A stretch of DNA of 62,575 nt, filler included, from 23 parts of 23 records of this genome joined end to end with filler, not necessarily neighbours in it, one strand, 5' to 3'. Shown: positions 11,801-24,605, counted from the first letter of the whole stretch. Translations and numbers: made by a program. The notes: generated by a model from the letters alone, not told the origin.

Positions 11801-14659
11801 TTACACTAGAGCTTCCTTCAGCAGAGCATCAATGTCCGTATTGACATTGTCAACTGGTCTTAGTGTACTTTGTATCGATTCACGTAACTGAGACACAGTA
11901 AAGTTTTCAAATTTGTATTTGCCATCAGGATTTTTTACACGACGTTTCTGTCTTATGTTTGGGGCAACAGTTGACCGAAGATACGATATTTCTGACAGTA
12001 GTTGCTTCTCAGTTAATTGTTTAACCATGTCCATCGTATTTGGAGTGACCGGGCCACCATGCTTTTTGCATGTATCCAAGACATCCAAGGTTTTATGCAT
12101 TTTTCGCTGTTTCAACTGCTCCTTCTTTTTGAGCGATAACTGTTTTGCTATCTTCACAGTGGCTAAAAAGCTCTGTTCCAACCGTTTCACAGCTTTTACC
12201 ACTCCAGAGGTGCGTGCCCATTTCCAACTTGAGCGTTTCTCTGACTCGGACATTTCTAAGAATTCTTCATCCACAAGCAGGCTGTTTGTTGCTACAATGT
12301 TCTTTCTCGAGTGTGTTTTGATAGTGGTCATCCCTCCCGAGTACTTGACCCTGTTGTCAAGTTTGGCAAACTCACTTTCGCATCCTAGATTTGTCAGTGG
12401 TGCATATTGTAACTTTGTCTCATCCACTGTGGGTTCACCATCAACATCGCTATTATCAATTTCGAAGTATGACATCTGTGACAGCTGTCTTTTCAGAGTG
12501 TCAATTATCTCTTCCAATACTGCACTGTTCAGCTTTCCTTTTCCAGTTACAGTTTTACCAAAACTTTCTCGTAAGGTTTCCAGCTGTCTCAGTTTGTCAA
12601 CAAAAAAGTTTTTCACGCCAGCCCAGTTTCGATTAGGATTGGTTTCCTGGCTTTTATCGTCGATACCCAGTAGATCAATGATTGGGTAAATGATTAACTC
12701 CGACATTAGAGCGTAAACCTCTGAGCAGCACAGGAACCAGTCATTTTCCACAAACGTTGAAACTGCTAATACAAGTTTGTTTGAATGTACGTCCACCACT
12801 GCCTCGAAGAACTGCAAAATAGTTTCGCGCCGTTTCAGGTACTCTTTAGAGAGTTCAGCTATTCTTCCAAAGCGGTTTGACACAAAACCACGGAATCCTG
12901 AGTGCTCAAGATTGTTGGAGTCTAGCCAACATATGTATTCATTGTACAGAGAAACGGAGTTTGAGGCATGACTAGGAGATAACAGCTTTGCAATAGCTAT
13001 CAGTCCCAGGGTATGAATACTTGAAGACCATGATCCAAACACTTTGTCCCCTGCTGACACTTTGATAAGTTTTTGAACACCAATCTTCTGCTCAGTATCG
13101 CGGAACACTTTGTCTATGCTATGATCAATACCAAGTATAACATGGGCACTGCACTTCAATATTTTCTCATCATCAATGTTTAAAGTTTGTAGGAGCACCG
13201 AACAATCTGCTGCCCTATCAGTCATCCAGAAGTCAATCTGATTTTTAATTTCATCAAGTGTCATATCAGCTAGAACTGCAAGACATTTTAATTTGAATTC
13301 GTATGCCATTGCACCATCATGGCCTGAGTGGGAAATGTTTTCAGTGTATCCCGTGGTGAATGACTTACGCTCAGAACTTGGACCAGCGATTGTAATATGA
13401 TCAGTTTTAACATCATACAGTTTGTGACCAGCTGCTTTTGTAGTATCATCGAGACCAACTGTAATAATAGAGTCACCCTTATCTCGCAAATGTCTGGCCA
13501 CAAGTTCAAGGTTTAGATATGAAGCGTCCTCTAGCCATGTCGCAATACACTGTCGTGTTGGCATGACATATGTGAGATCTTTCGAAATACGCCGGCGCTT
13601 TCTTGTGCACTGCTTTGAAGTTAAGTCATTGTTTTCACCATTATCTTCATCATCACTCTGCTCGCTCAACTCCTCTTCAACATCATCATCTAGTATCCAC
13701 TGCTGTCCAAAAACAGTATTCGCAACTTGAACTACAATACCTCGTAGGTCATCGGGTGTCACCTTATATTCAGACTGACATTGAACGAGACATCGCATCA
13801 AAGATTCGTTTAGTGTTCGGAATCCGCTTCGAATCTTGACACTGGGAAATGTTTTTCCTTCTTGATTCGTAGACGTGTCTGTGACAGTGGAAGAAGATCT
13901 AGTGATGCGTTTGCTGGAAGTTGGAGTCGTAAACGGTGTGCTTGTGGCTGAAAACGAAGGATCAGACATTTCTACATCAGGCAAGTCTTCTTCTGCTAAA
14001 GCATCTCGCATTTGAGATTCGCTCAATTCTTTTTCCTGCATATGTACTTGCTCCATTTCGATTTTCTTTCCATCTAAAGATATATGTCTCGTCTCTTTCC
14101 TTTTCTGCTGTTTTGTCCAAGCACGTGGTACTGTTCTGGTACATGTTGCGACATAATTCCCATGACAATTGTCCTCGTAGAATGCAATGTCCTCTGAAGT
14201 CATTACGACTTTGAATTCAGACTCCAACTGCTTCTGATAGAGTGCATTCTTAGCTCGTATGTCATAGGCTCTGCGTGTCATTTTCTCATTGAATGCACTG
14301 GCTTTGTGATACCAGTTCTCACTTTTCTTCTTTGTTTTATTCCTCTCTGTCTTTCTCATTTCTCTGAACAATTCATAGTCTGCTTTAAGTTTTTTAGCCA
14401 CTGTTCGGGTCTCCATGGGGTAGACATTTTTATTAATCCAGTCTATTCTTAGTTCCTCTGCCACTATCAAACTTGCATCATCTCGACTCATGCTTTCCCT
14501 TCCTTTCTCAGGTTGACGACAGAGAGCTAACATTCGACCAATCACGAATTGTCCACACGGCAATTTTGATCGAGATACATATTCCTTCTCCTCGTGGTAT
14601 GTTTCGCCAAAAAGTTCCTTTTGCGATGTACTCCGAGCAGTCCTGGTATGGCAATCCAT
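11801..14659 (-). CDS. hAT-superfamily-like DDE transposase (hATm/hATw/hATx-type), intact 952 aa
   Basis: GLDDTT, WMTDRAAD, CSAH (CxxH), NRFG, TNLGCESEFAKLD; N-terminal LPCGQFVIG...WINKNVYP. Single ORF. Subgroup uncertain. Confidence 0.65.
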   Translation of the reverse strand: MDCHTRTARSTSQKELFGETYHEEKEYVSRSKLPCGQFVIGRMLALCRQPEKGRESMSRDDASLIVAEELRIDWINKNVYPMETRTVAKKLKADYELFREMRKTERNKTKKKSENWYHKASAFNEKMTRRAYDIRAKNALYQKQLESEFKVVMTSEDIAFYEDNCHGNYVATCTRTVPRAWTKQQKRKETRHISLDGKKIEMEQVHMQEKELSESQMRDALAEEDLPDVEMSDPSFSATSTPFTTPTSSKRITRSSSTVTDTSTNQEGKTFPSVKIRSGFRTLNESLMRCLVQCQSEYKVTPDDLRGIVVQVANTVFGQQWILDDDVEEELSEQSDDEDNGENNDLTSKQCTRKRRRISKDLTYVMPTRQCIATWLEDASYLNLELVARHLRDKGDSIITVGLDDTTKAAGHKLYDVKTDHITIAGPSSERKSFTTGYTENISHSGHDGAMAYEFKLKCLAVLADMTLDEIKNQIDFWMTDRAADCSVLLQTLNIDDEKILKCSAHVILGIDHSIDKVFRDTEQKIGVQKLIKVSAGDKVFGSWSSSIHTLGLIAIAKLLSPSHASNSVSLYNEYICWLDSNNLEHSGFRGFVSNRFGRIAELSKEYLKRRETILQFFEAVVDVHSNKLVLAVSTFVENDWFLCCSEVYALMSELIIYPIIDLLGIDDKSQETNPNRNWAGVKNFFVDKLRQLETLRESFGKTVTGKGKLNSAVLEEIIDTLKRQLSQMSYFEIDNSDVDGEPTVDETKLQYAPLTNLGCESEFAKLDNRVKYSGGMTTIKTHSRKNIVATNSLLVDEEFLEMSESEKRSSWKWARTSGVVKAVKRLEQSFLATVKIAKQLSLKKKEQLKQRKMHKTLDVLDTCKKHGGPVTPNTMDMVKQLTEKQLLSEISYLRSTVAPNIRQKRRVKNPDGKYKFENFTVSQLRESIQSTLRPVDNVNTDIDALLKEALV

Positions 14660-15075
14660 TGTTATTTCTTGTTGCTGAAGACGTTAAAATTCAATAATTC
14701 GGCAACCTAAAATAGTAAAGATAAATATTAAAATTTCATTCACGATGAGCTATAATAAAATACCTACATGTAATGTGATTACTTTAGAGATGACATAATA
14801 CGAAATAACTGAGGGGTATTGAGTCAACTCGTGGTAAATTGGGCATAGTTATTTCTAAGATTGTTTTTAATGAGACGATGCCTTTGCTTTGTGACACTTA
14901 TTGATAAGTCGCTGACATACGCGATTCCAGTATCAAAAATGGTGTTTTGTGACTCTACATCATCTGGACGTTAAAATACACCATTTTAAATGTCAGAATC
15001 GAGCTCAGCGACCCAGAAAACATACATGGGGACATATTACTTGCCATAGTTGGAACAAAATTAATATAGATGTCG

Positions 15076-15125
15076 AAAATGACGTCATTTTGGCGGCCAT
15101 TTTGAAAAAATGGCAGGCCCCAACC
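15076..15125. repeat. Palindromic sub-terminal region upstream of the transposase
   Basis: Perfect 16-bp palindrome AAAATGACGTCATTTT (15076-15091), then GGCGGCCATTTT and GCCATTTT-gaa-AAAATGGC. Confidence 0.55.
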
Positions 15126-15226
15126 NNNNNNNNNNNNNNNNNNNNNNNNNNNNNNNNNNNNNNNNNNNNTTAATTAATTAANNNNNNNNNNNNNNNNNNN
15201 NNNNNNNNNNNNNNNNNNNNNNNNNG

Positions 15227-17360
15227 GAAAAGACAGCCTTCATATGCAGTCAAGGTTTATTTCACTGGAATGTACTACCGCTGGGACCTATAAACGGGCC
15301 CGCAAGTTTCATGCGTCTTATGAACAAAGTACTCCAGCCAGAAATCGGCAGGTCCTGCTACGCATATCTCGATGATATTGTCATCTTTTCCAAATCAATC
15401 GAAGAGCATTTTGATGACATTGAGAGGGTTCTACTCTTACTCCGAAAGGCAGGGCTAACGGTGTCTCCAGTGAAGAGTCACTTTTGCTACCGGCGAGTGA
15501 AATACCTAGGACACATAATTTCGGATTGCGGAATTGAAGCTGATCCAAAAAAGGTGGATACAGTTCGAAACTATCCTACTCCAAGAAATATCAAAGAGTT
15601 GGAAAGATTTCTAGGCATGGTAAACTGGTTTAGGAGGTATATTCCAAATTGCTCCATTGTGATGGCGCCTCTAAATGACCTGAAGAAAAAGGATGCACGG
15701 ATAAAAAAGAACTGGAAGTGGGACGAGAAATGTGAAGAATCATTCCAGCTGCTGAAGGATGCTCTAGTTGGAACATGTGTTCTCGGGTATCCAGACTCTT
15801 CAAAACCATTCGAAATTTACACAGATGCCAGCGAAGTAGGTTTAGGAGCGCTGCTAACCCAACAACAGGAAGAACGACTGAGGGTTATCGAATATGGAAG
15901 TCGATCATTGTCTTCCGCAGAGAAAAACTACAGTGCCACAGAGAGAGAGTGTTTGGCGGTCATCTGGAGTTTAGAGAAATGGCGACATTATTTGGAAGGA
16001 CACTACAATGTAGTGTTTACGGATCACCAAGCTCTGTGTCACCTCTTTAAGCGAGTTAACATTTCTGCAAGACAAGCCCGATGGGTCTTGAGGATCCAAG
16101 ATTTCCGCTTTGTAGTTAAATACTACCCAGGGCAGAAGAATCTGGTCGCAGATGCATTATCTCGGATCCCAGTTGGACAAACTGATGTTGTTGGTATTGT
16201 AGAAATAGAAGAGAGATGTGCTTCCTCCAATTGTAGCATTGCAACTGCCACGGATCCAATACTTGACTGGGTTCAATGTGACGCATGTCAGGGATGGTTC
16301 CACATATTTTGTGAGGGAGTTACGGCAGATGAAGTAAAAGAAATGGATACATACAGTTGCACTAATTGTGGACCACAGCTGTGGGAACCAGAAAGGAAGG
16401 AAGCACCGAAACTTTCAAAGAAGATTATAATCGAAGAACAAGAGGAGGACCAAGAACTGCTAAGGATTCGGGAACGACTTCTGTTGGACCCGTTGGATAA
16501 TTCGTACTCAACGGATAATCTCCTGAAAGATGGGATGCTGTATAAGAAACTAAAGGGTGAATGGAGGATTGCTATACCAGACAACTTACGTCATTCAGTT
16601 GTCTTTCACCTCCATGACCTTCCTTCTGCAGGGCATTTTGGATGGAAGAAAACTTTAGACCGAGTGCAACGCACATTTGTTTTTCCTAAGATGACGGCCT
16701 ACATCCGGACATATGTAAAGAAATGCCAGCGTTGCCAGCAAATCAAACCCAAATACACCAAGCCAGAAGGTTACATGAAGGCATACACAGCAGACAACCC
16801 ATGGGAATTGGTAGGATATGACTTGATGGGCCCACTACCGAAGAGTCATTCAGGGCACCAATTTGTATTAGTCCTCATTGACTACTTTACAAAATTTGCG
16901 CTGATGTATCCTCTACGTCGTGCCAGAGGAAAAGATATTGCCATAGTGCTAGCCACTGAAGTGTTTAGTACTATAGGACCACCTGAAAAACTTCTGAGTG
17001 ATAATGGGCCAAACCTCACATCCAAGGTGGTGAAAGAAGTATGCACCAAATGGAACGTAGAACAGCTGTTCATTACTCCCTACCATCCTCAAGCAAACTG
17101 GACGGAAAGACTAAATAGGGATCTCAAAGCCATGCTCGCCACATATGTGGAAGGTGACCATCAAACATGGGATGTGAATCTCAGGGAATTTCAATTTGCC
17201 CACAACTCGGCTAAGCACCGTACCACCAACATGCCACCAGCTGAGCTGATGTTTGGTCGGCACTTTCATGGACCCGGCACCCTACCTGATGATGTTAACC
17301 TCAGGGATATAGACCATAAGGAGGATATAGTACAAGCACGCAGAGCACATCAAAAAGCAG
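15227..17360 (+). mobile_element. pol: Ty3/Gypsy pol (RT, RNase H, PHD finger, integrase), partial
   Basis: YLDD; YTDASEVGLGA...ERECLA...FTDH...ADALSR; PHD at 16217-16369; HDLPSAGHFG...CQRC; YDLMGP...SDNG...TERLNR. Confidence 0.95.
16217..16369 (+). other. PHD finger (C4HC3) inside Pol
   Basis: C-ASSN-C...DWVQ-C-DA-C-QGWF-H-IF-C...YS-C-TN-C. Confidence 0.9.
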
Positions 17361-17460
17361 NNNNNNNNNNNNNNNNNNNNNNNNNNNNNNNNNNNNNNNN
17401 NNNNTTAATTAATTAANNNNNNNNNNNNNNNNNNNNNNNNNNNNNNNNNNNNNNNNNNNN

Positions 17461-19754
17461 ATAATCACTCGACTTCACTCAGGAGTGATCTTCAAAAAAG
17501 TTGCAGACACAAGGCACGTTTCGGAAAGTATTCATTATCTGTTGAAACTGAAATTACCTTTTGGCCAGAGTGAATATGGTTCTCCACAGTTTGAATGTAA
17601 AAAGCAGGGTTTCCCCGCTTCGAACTATCTTTATAAATTCACATGCGCTATGCATACACAATCTAAATTAACATTTGAAACATTACAAAATTTGATGACG
17701 GATGCTATAGTCACTTTTAAAACTGAGTTGAAATCGAAATTTTTAATATTTAACAGAAAAAAACGCAATGATCTTCAACATTTTTTTAGATGGCTAATCG
17801 ATGCACCGAGTACAAATGACATTAACCAACTCCGAAAGAATATTAAGAATATCGCATTAGATCAGAAACAATTGTATAATACCTTTTTAAATACAACTAA
17901 ACAGTTGGTAGGAGTTGTGTCTTTTCAAAATAGTCAAATAGATAAAAATGTGCAAGCTATTTATAATAGCACAGTAGATATTCAGGAAATTGAGTTAAAC
18001 GTGGAAAAAATGTTCTTGAGTATTGAAACATGGGCAAAATTTACAGCCCAGATTCAAAGTAATTACACAACCCTCATATACCATCTGCAAACCTTAAACT
18101 TAGGTATAGATGACATATTTGAGGGTAGGCTCTCAACACATATATTACCGAAAAAAGTTTTGCAAATAGTTTTGAATGAAATATCCTCTCAGCTTAGAAA
18201 CTATGATCCAAAATTATTTATTATAGCCCAATTGAAGGATTTTTATCAAGGCCTAATTAACTTTCAACCATTTTATGAACACGATGATCAAAACCCAGTT
18301 ATAGAAATTCTGCTGAATATCCCCATTGCGAGACAAACTCCTCAGTATGAAATATTCCATATAAATACATTTCCGGTCCCAATTTACAGCAACGAAACAC
18401 ATTGTTCAATTATTAAAGGACTTCCAGAATATATAGCTTTTTCTAAAGATCGTGACTATTACTTCACATTAAATAGTCATCAATTTCGAAACTGTGAAAA
18501 TCGATTCTGTGCCAATCATATGATGCCACAGAAGATTGAACTTTCGAAATTATGTGTGATAGCGTTATTTTATAATGAAATTGAAAAAATCGAAAGCACA
18601 TGCGAATTTGAATTCAGTACATATAGCTTGCCAAAATACGTCTGGGAAATATCACCAAATATATATTTGTTATCTAACATTTCCAACATCATGGAGGTTT
18701 GTAATGGTACCAATTCAAAAACTTTTAAAAATGAACACCTTACAGTATTAAAGACACAATGTTTCTGCTTTTACGAATTAGATGACGTATTTTTCATTCA
18801 AGAAAAATATACGAATTGCCATCACATCAGTGAGGCAAAGCTACATCATTCATTTAACCTACCTGTGATGTCGTATTATTTTAATATCTCACAGGTAAAT
18901 GAAATACTCAAGTCACACGATTTTGAAAGACCTGTTACGATGAACATACCGCAAATCCGTATCAAATCCGAATATAGGCAAGGCCTCATTAAAGACCAGA
19001 AATTCGATTTGAACACTATTTTAGGCGCGGCCAAAAAAGGCCGACCTTTGTTTAATGAAAATATGGATTCTCAATTAACTATTTCAGCAGATACAACAAG
19101 CATTTCTGTTGATAATGTGGTTAGAATTTTGCCTTATCTCAACACAGTACTATTAGGCATCTTTATAATTTTGGTAATGATGCTATCTTGGAAATATAAA
19201 CACTTGATTCAAATTCTCGGTGCTATGCAAATTTCACAAAACTTACCACAGACTAGGGCTCAACTTTTTAATTATATGACCACAATGATAGCCCCGACAG
19301 GCCCCACACATTATTTATGCAATCTAGATACCCACTATTTAAATTTAGTACTATTTGCAATCCCAAGTATAATGGCTCTAGTAATTATTGCATATGCAAT
19401 TTGGAAAAAATATATGAATTTGAAACATACTGATACGATAGTTCAAATAAACTTTGTGGCCTGTGTAGGAAACATAACCCTAAATTTAGACCGAGTACCC
19501 CAGTGTCCCCAGAATATTAAATTAAATATTCTGAAATTTTACGATACACCGAGCATAATTAGGAAATACGGAATATATTATTTGATATTTGAAACAGCCG
19601 AAATCTATCTAAAGATCTCAGACAATTCCATAATTAAGTTGACAAAATCGATTCGACTTCCATTATTTTATAACCTACAACTTCATAACATTCTAAAACG
19701 CAATTACGTGATTGTTTTGCAATTGGAACATCGTAACCAAGTCTTTCAGCCAAT
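17461..19754 (+). CDS. env: Env-like class I fusion protein (errantivirus env / baculovirus F-like), open at both ends
   Basis: Furin site RKKR at 17755-17766, then a hydrophobic segment and heptads; F-like motifs GRLSTHILP, PVP, LPEYIA; Cys-rich ectodomain with N-glycosylation sequons; TM segments at ~19126-19191 and ~19339-19404. Confidence 0.8.
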
Positions 19755-20339
19755 NNNNNNNNNNNNNNNNNNNNNNNNNNNNNNNNNNNNNNNNNNNNTT
19801 AATTAATTAANNNNNNNNNNNNNNNNNNNNNNNNNNNNNNNNNNNNNNNNNNNNAGCGCATAAATGTGGTTTAAGGTACGGTTGTTGTTTTCATTCATGC
19901 ACCAAATTCACACGTGGTCCACTGTGTTTCACCAGGACTGTATCGACGTGGATCATGTGCTTTGGAGGCTATATCATATTCGAAGATGAGAATCCTGAGA
20001 AATAATGAGAGTGAATCGCAATATTGGGCAATAAATGAGAAATAAAAAAAAATACATAAATAAAAGTATGAGAGATGGCAAGCTCGGAGCCACACATCTG
20101 TCTGCGATATCATGTTTGAAGAACTTGCAGACAACTGCAAAAAGCCGAAATAACTCTGCTGACGTATAGTAAGTAATACATGCGCTACATAAATCACTGG
20201 ACAAAATAAATGACAGTATCATGGATGACTTTCCTGTGGACAGCAGAACCTTTATCACCTAGTATATAATAACTGATTGAATGATGATGAGTTGGTGTTT
20301 TTATGGCATATCGGCAACTAAGGTCATTAGCACGACGAC

Positions 20340-21881
20340 CAAGGCATTGAAAATGCTGCTGTTATTTTATATACCTGTACAAGAATAAAGTAATGTTCAA
20401 ATTACAGTGTAGATGGTGCGATGCTTTATAAATACAAACTGGGTCACCTATAAAAAATGAATTTGTTGTCCATCGGAGAATGACACCAGGACTAGACCAA
20501 ACGCCTTTACTCAAGGCCTCAGCAGCGTAACGAAACACGAAGCAACCAGTTAGTAGAAAGAGGCCATCATCATTGCAAAGGCCAAATTGATGCCACTGAA
20601 GGATGCCCAGGCAGTGAAGTCTATTATGAAAATGGATGAAGCACGCTTGCAGCAAATGATCGTCCTGTATAGGGTAACGTTATACATTGTATATTGGCAT
20701 AAAGTGAAACCCTTTGCAGACTTTCTGGATCTCGTAAAACTTATCAATAACATCGGATATGCGAATTAATGAGAAATACTGCAATGAAAAGCAGGCTAAA
20801 GAATTTTGCCACTGTTCGGTTGAACAGTACTGTGAAGACGTTCTGAAAGGAAAACTTGAAAAGTGCAATTTTCTATTCGTAATCTCGGATGGATCATCTG
20901 ATTCTGCAAAGCTAGAACAGGAGATTCTGTACACTAGGTACTTTAACCGTGAAACAGTCTGTGAAAACGGAGTTCATCGACATAAGAAATGTTGGCTGGC
21001 CGAAAGCAGAAAACACAGAAGAAAGCATTTTAAATTCTTTGACAGCAAAGTTGTGTGTTGAACAGGAATGGTTAATAGTGAGAATTATCGGTGCCTCGCT
21101 AGATTCCTGCTCAACGAGCTTTGGACATTTGGGTGAGGTGGAGAAAATATTTATGGACAAATATACCCTGGTTCATTAGTATTCAGTGTGTGGCCCATAG
21201 GCTGGAACTCGGCTTAAAAGATGTAGCCGATTCGTTTCGCCTGTTCACTGGCTTACAAACACTACTGACTAGTCTATGCACTTTACAGTGAACCCGTCAT
21301 GCGTGACGGACTGAAAAGAAGAAAGCAGCTTTGGGGAAACCAGTGCGGATGACCATGCATGTAGACGGCACATGTTGGCAGTGACACTTCTGCCAAAGGA
21401 GTTTGTGTTCACTGCGAAGATAGTATTCGCTTATCTTCAAAATATGGCGAAATTCTCCAAATTATTCCAAGTACAGAGAATGGGAGCGGCAGAACTAAAT
21501 GATGAGCTGCCCTCCTATGCACACCTCCAACTACTTTATCCGAATCGAATAGACTGCACTCACTTGCAATGGAAGGTATGCGCATAGAAGGGGAGAACTG
21601 TTCTTCGACGAGAAGATAGTTGTTCCAAATCAACGCTTTCAGTTTCGGGGAGCAGCACCAAGCGAAGTAGTAGATGCCAACATATCTCCAATAACCGTTA
21701 GGCATAACATTGTTATAACAGCAATGCGAATGATAGAAACAATGATCTCATTGATCGAAGACAGATTAAAACCAGTGAAGGAAACGACTGTGCTCAAATC
21801 GTTCAAAATCTTGGACTTCAGGTATTGGTATGCTGTCATCATTGACGCTGTGCGGCAGCCTGATGGTGATGCGGTGATTCT
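20340..21881 (+). pseudogene. Decayed hAT transposase (ZNF862/KIAA1586-like)
   Basis: Frameshifted pieces: ISDGSSDSAKLEQEILYTRYF, KTEFIDI...ESI, IQCVAHRLELGLKD (~21181), FKILD. Multiple stops and frameshifts. Confidence 0.75.
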
Positions 21882-21981
21882 NNNNNNNNNNNNNNNNNNN
21901 NNNNNNNNNNNNNNNNNNNNNNNNNTTAATTAATTAANNNNNNNNNNNNNNNNNNNNNNNNNNNNNNNNNNNNNNNNNNNN

Positions 21982-24006
21982 GAACAAACACGAGGGTGGA
22001 CGCGACAATACTCACCCTTCAGTGTGTTGTGATCAGCCACAATCACAACATCACCCGGACACAGATTTCTTCTTTCTGTGTGCCATCTCTGTCTTACTAC
22101 CAAGGAAGGGGCATACAATGCTGTCCAATTCTTCCAGAAATCTTCAGTAATTACCTGCACTAACTGGTAACGTGTCTGAACGAATCACTGCAAGGCTGCC
22201 AATCTTCAGGGTTTTTGGCTTGCGATCGACCAAGAAGCAGACTGTTTGGGGTGAAAACATTGATATTGGAATCCTGTTTTGGCAATGCACCCAATGGGCG
22301 TTCGTTTAGCAAGTTTGCAGCCTCTGTGCAAACTGACAAAAATTCTGATGCTGTTAATCGCTGGTTGTGAACAGCAAGGTGGATCGCGCGTTTAGTACTC
22401 TTGACCAGTGACTCAACAGCACCCTGATGCAATGGACTATCAGCAGGTCCAAAAATCCATGTTGTGCCACTTGCAGCACCATTACTGATCAATTGTGTGC
22501 GATCTATTTGAGCCCATGCATCTTTTAGTTCTCTATCGGCGCCAACGAGTTGAGAACCGGGGTCACTATAGATAGTGTCTGGCCAGCCGCATATGTTAGT
22601 GAAGCGTGATAGTGCCAAGAGGAATGAGCTGGTATCATACCCAAAGGCAGCTTTGATGTGAACGGCTCTCGATACCAAGTCTGTGAAAATTACACCATAT
22701 CCTTTCAAAGTAACACACTTTTGTACCTCACCTTTTATGCCATAGGGTCCAAACAAATCCACCATTGTTTTGTTGAAAGGAGGTGCAGGACACAACCGAT
22801 CCATTGGCAATGGAGCCATGATTTGTTCCAACAGGGTGACGTCCACCAATTTACACATCTGACACCTGTGCTTGACTGACTTTGCTATCTTGTCCCCGTG
22901 CGGCGTCCAGAAATGGCGCCTAAACATGGCCAGCGTGGCATCCCTACCTCGATGTCCGTTATCGTGTGATCGTTTCATGAAAAGACGAGTACCTGGGTGT
23001 CCAGTGGGAAGGATTTTCTGAAGTTTGGAGTCTGGCGTCATTGGGTTGTATTTAATCAACCGTGAGCCGGTTACCCAAAAGCCATCACCATCCCTAACTG
23101 GGGTGAGTCTAGAATATTGTCCTCCCAATCTTCCTTTAGTATCCTTCTTCATGAGTTCGTTTTCAATAAATTTCTGGATCTCCTTCACCAGGAAATCTTC
23201 TGCATGTCGAAGATCTGCTGGGGTGACTAAATCCCTTCTTGCTCCCTTTAATGATTTGTACTTGAAAGCGTTGCAAATTCGTGCCACTATCCATATTGGT
23301 CTAGAGATATCGCTGTACTTACGATAATCTATGACTGGGGAGGCAGGAGAGCTAGCACAAGCCGTCGCCACAGTGAAGAATTTCTTCTCCCCTGGGAGAG
23401 GCTCCTCTCGTTGCAGACCAAATTTCAGTCCCCACTCTTCGATGGGTCTGTACAGCATTGCTGGACCATTCCACCATTCGGAATCGGAATTCAAGTGCTG
23501 AGGTGTGCGCCCTCTGGTCAGCCAATCAGCTGTGTTGTGTTGACCAGCTATCCAACACCAGCAGGACATGTCACCATTTGTGGCTGCTTGGATCTCTCCA
23601 ATCCGTACTCCTTCGTAGACTTTAAATCGGGTGCTTGTCCTGTTGATCATGTTCAAAACCGTTTCAGAGTCGACAATTTGGATAATTTTCTCATATTCAA
23701 ACCGGGTTTCCTTTTCGATCACCTTTCGGCCCCGCTTGGACAGGACTGCCGCATTTAGTTCCATTTGAGGCGTGTACAACTTATTTATTGGTGCTATCCT
23801 GCACTTGGCCATCACGAACCTGCACCAATATATGCCACTGCTCAATTTCCAGCGTATGTAGGCGACAAAGCCATATGCGAGGTCACTGCCATCACTGAAA
23901 ATGATAAGCCAAGGTAATCCGACTGCATCACTTGGATGCAAACAACGTGGCAAACGTAACTTTTCAGCTCAAAGTTGGTTCTGAAGAAATGTATCCACTT
24001 GTCCTT
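21982..24006 (-). pseudogene. pol: Bel/Pao pol fragment (RNase H/Peptidase_A17, integrase, C-terminal domain) with two frameshifts
   Basis: IFSDGS, PQMELNAA, NTADWLTRG, DLFGP, YSDPGSQL, AVESLVK, NERPL, TPNSLLLG. Frameshifts near 23965 and 22180. Confidence 0.9.
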
Positions 24007-24245
24007 NNNNNNNNNNNNNNNNNNNNNNNNNNNNNNNNNNNNNNNNNNNNTTAATTAATTAANNNNNNNNNNNNNNNNNNNNNNNNNNNNNNNNNNNNNN
24101 NNNNNNGCTCACAGTTTAAAGGACAAAGTAAACTAATTTCCAATTTGACTTATCGATTCCTCAAGTGGAACCTAAGACAGTTGAATCAGATTGATTATAA
24201 CTTAAGATCCTCCGAAGACTATGGTCATAGCCAATCGACAAACAG

Positions 24246-24513
24246 GTAACATTTGTTATTATGGTTCAAGGAATGGATGGGCCTATTCAATAAAAATACA
24301 GTTTTTAACATGTATACCGTTAGTTTAGCAGCATAGCTTGGTAACTTTTTGTTGTTCTTGCGGCAAGTATCACTGTTTGAAATAATGTATTATGTCACAC
24401 ATGTATTTTTCGTTCCTTATAATTTCTTCTCTGTAACTCAGCTTCGTTCTGTAATCAATTTCCGTGCTTTACATAAGGGACAAATAACAACCAGTGCCTA
24501 ACTTTCTCTATAG
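24246..24513 (+). other. Probable 5' UTR intron of MEPCE
   Basis: Donor CAG|GTAAC at 24246; branch-like CCTAAC at 24497; pyrimidine tract and TAG acceptor ending 24513, 92 nt before the ATG. Confidence 0.6.
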
Positions 24514-24605
24514 GTTTTCGATCATTTGGCCCAGCTGCTGATATAACGAGAAAAGGATCTACAACAAAAGCTCACAATCTCGTGTACCAGAAGGATACGG
24601 GTACG

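Noticed and set aside
15226-19754. Gypsy-PHD pol and env as one retrovirus-like element
   Set aside because: They are separated by a spacer and differ in base composition (env is much more AT-rich); linkage is unsupported.
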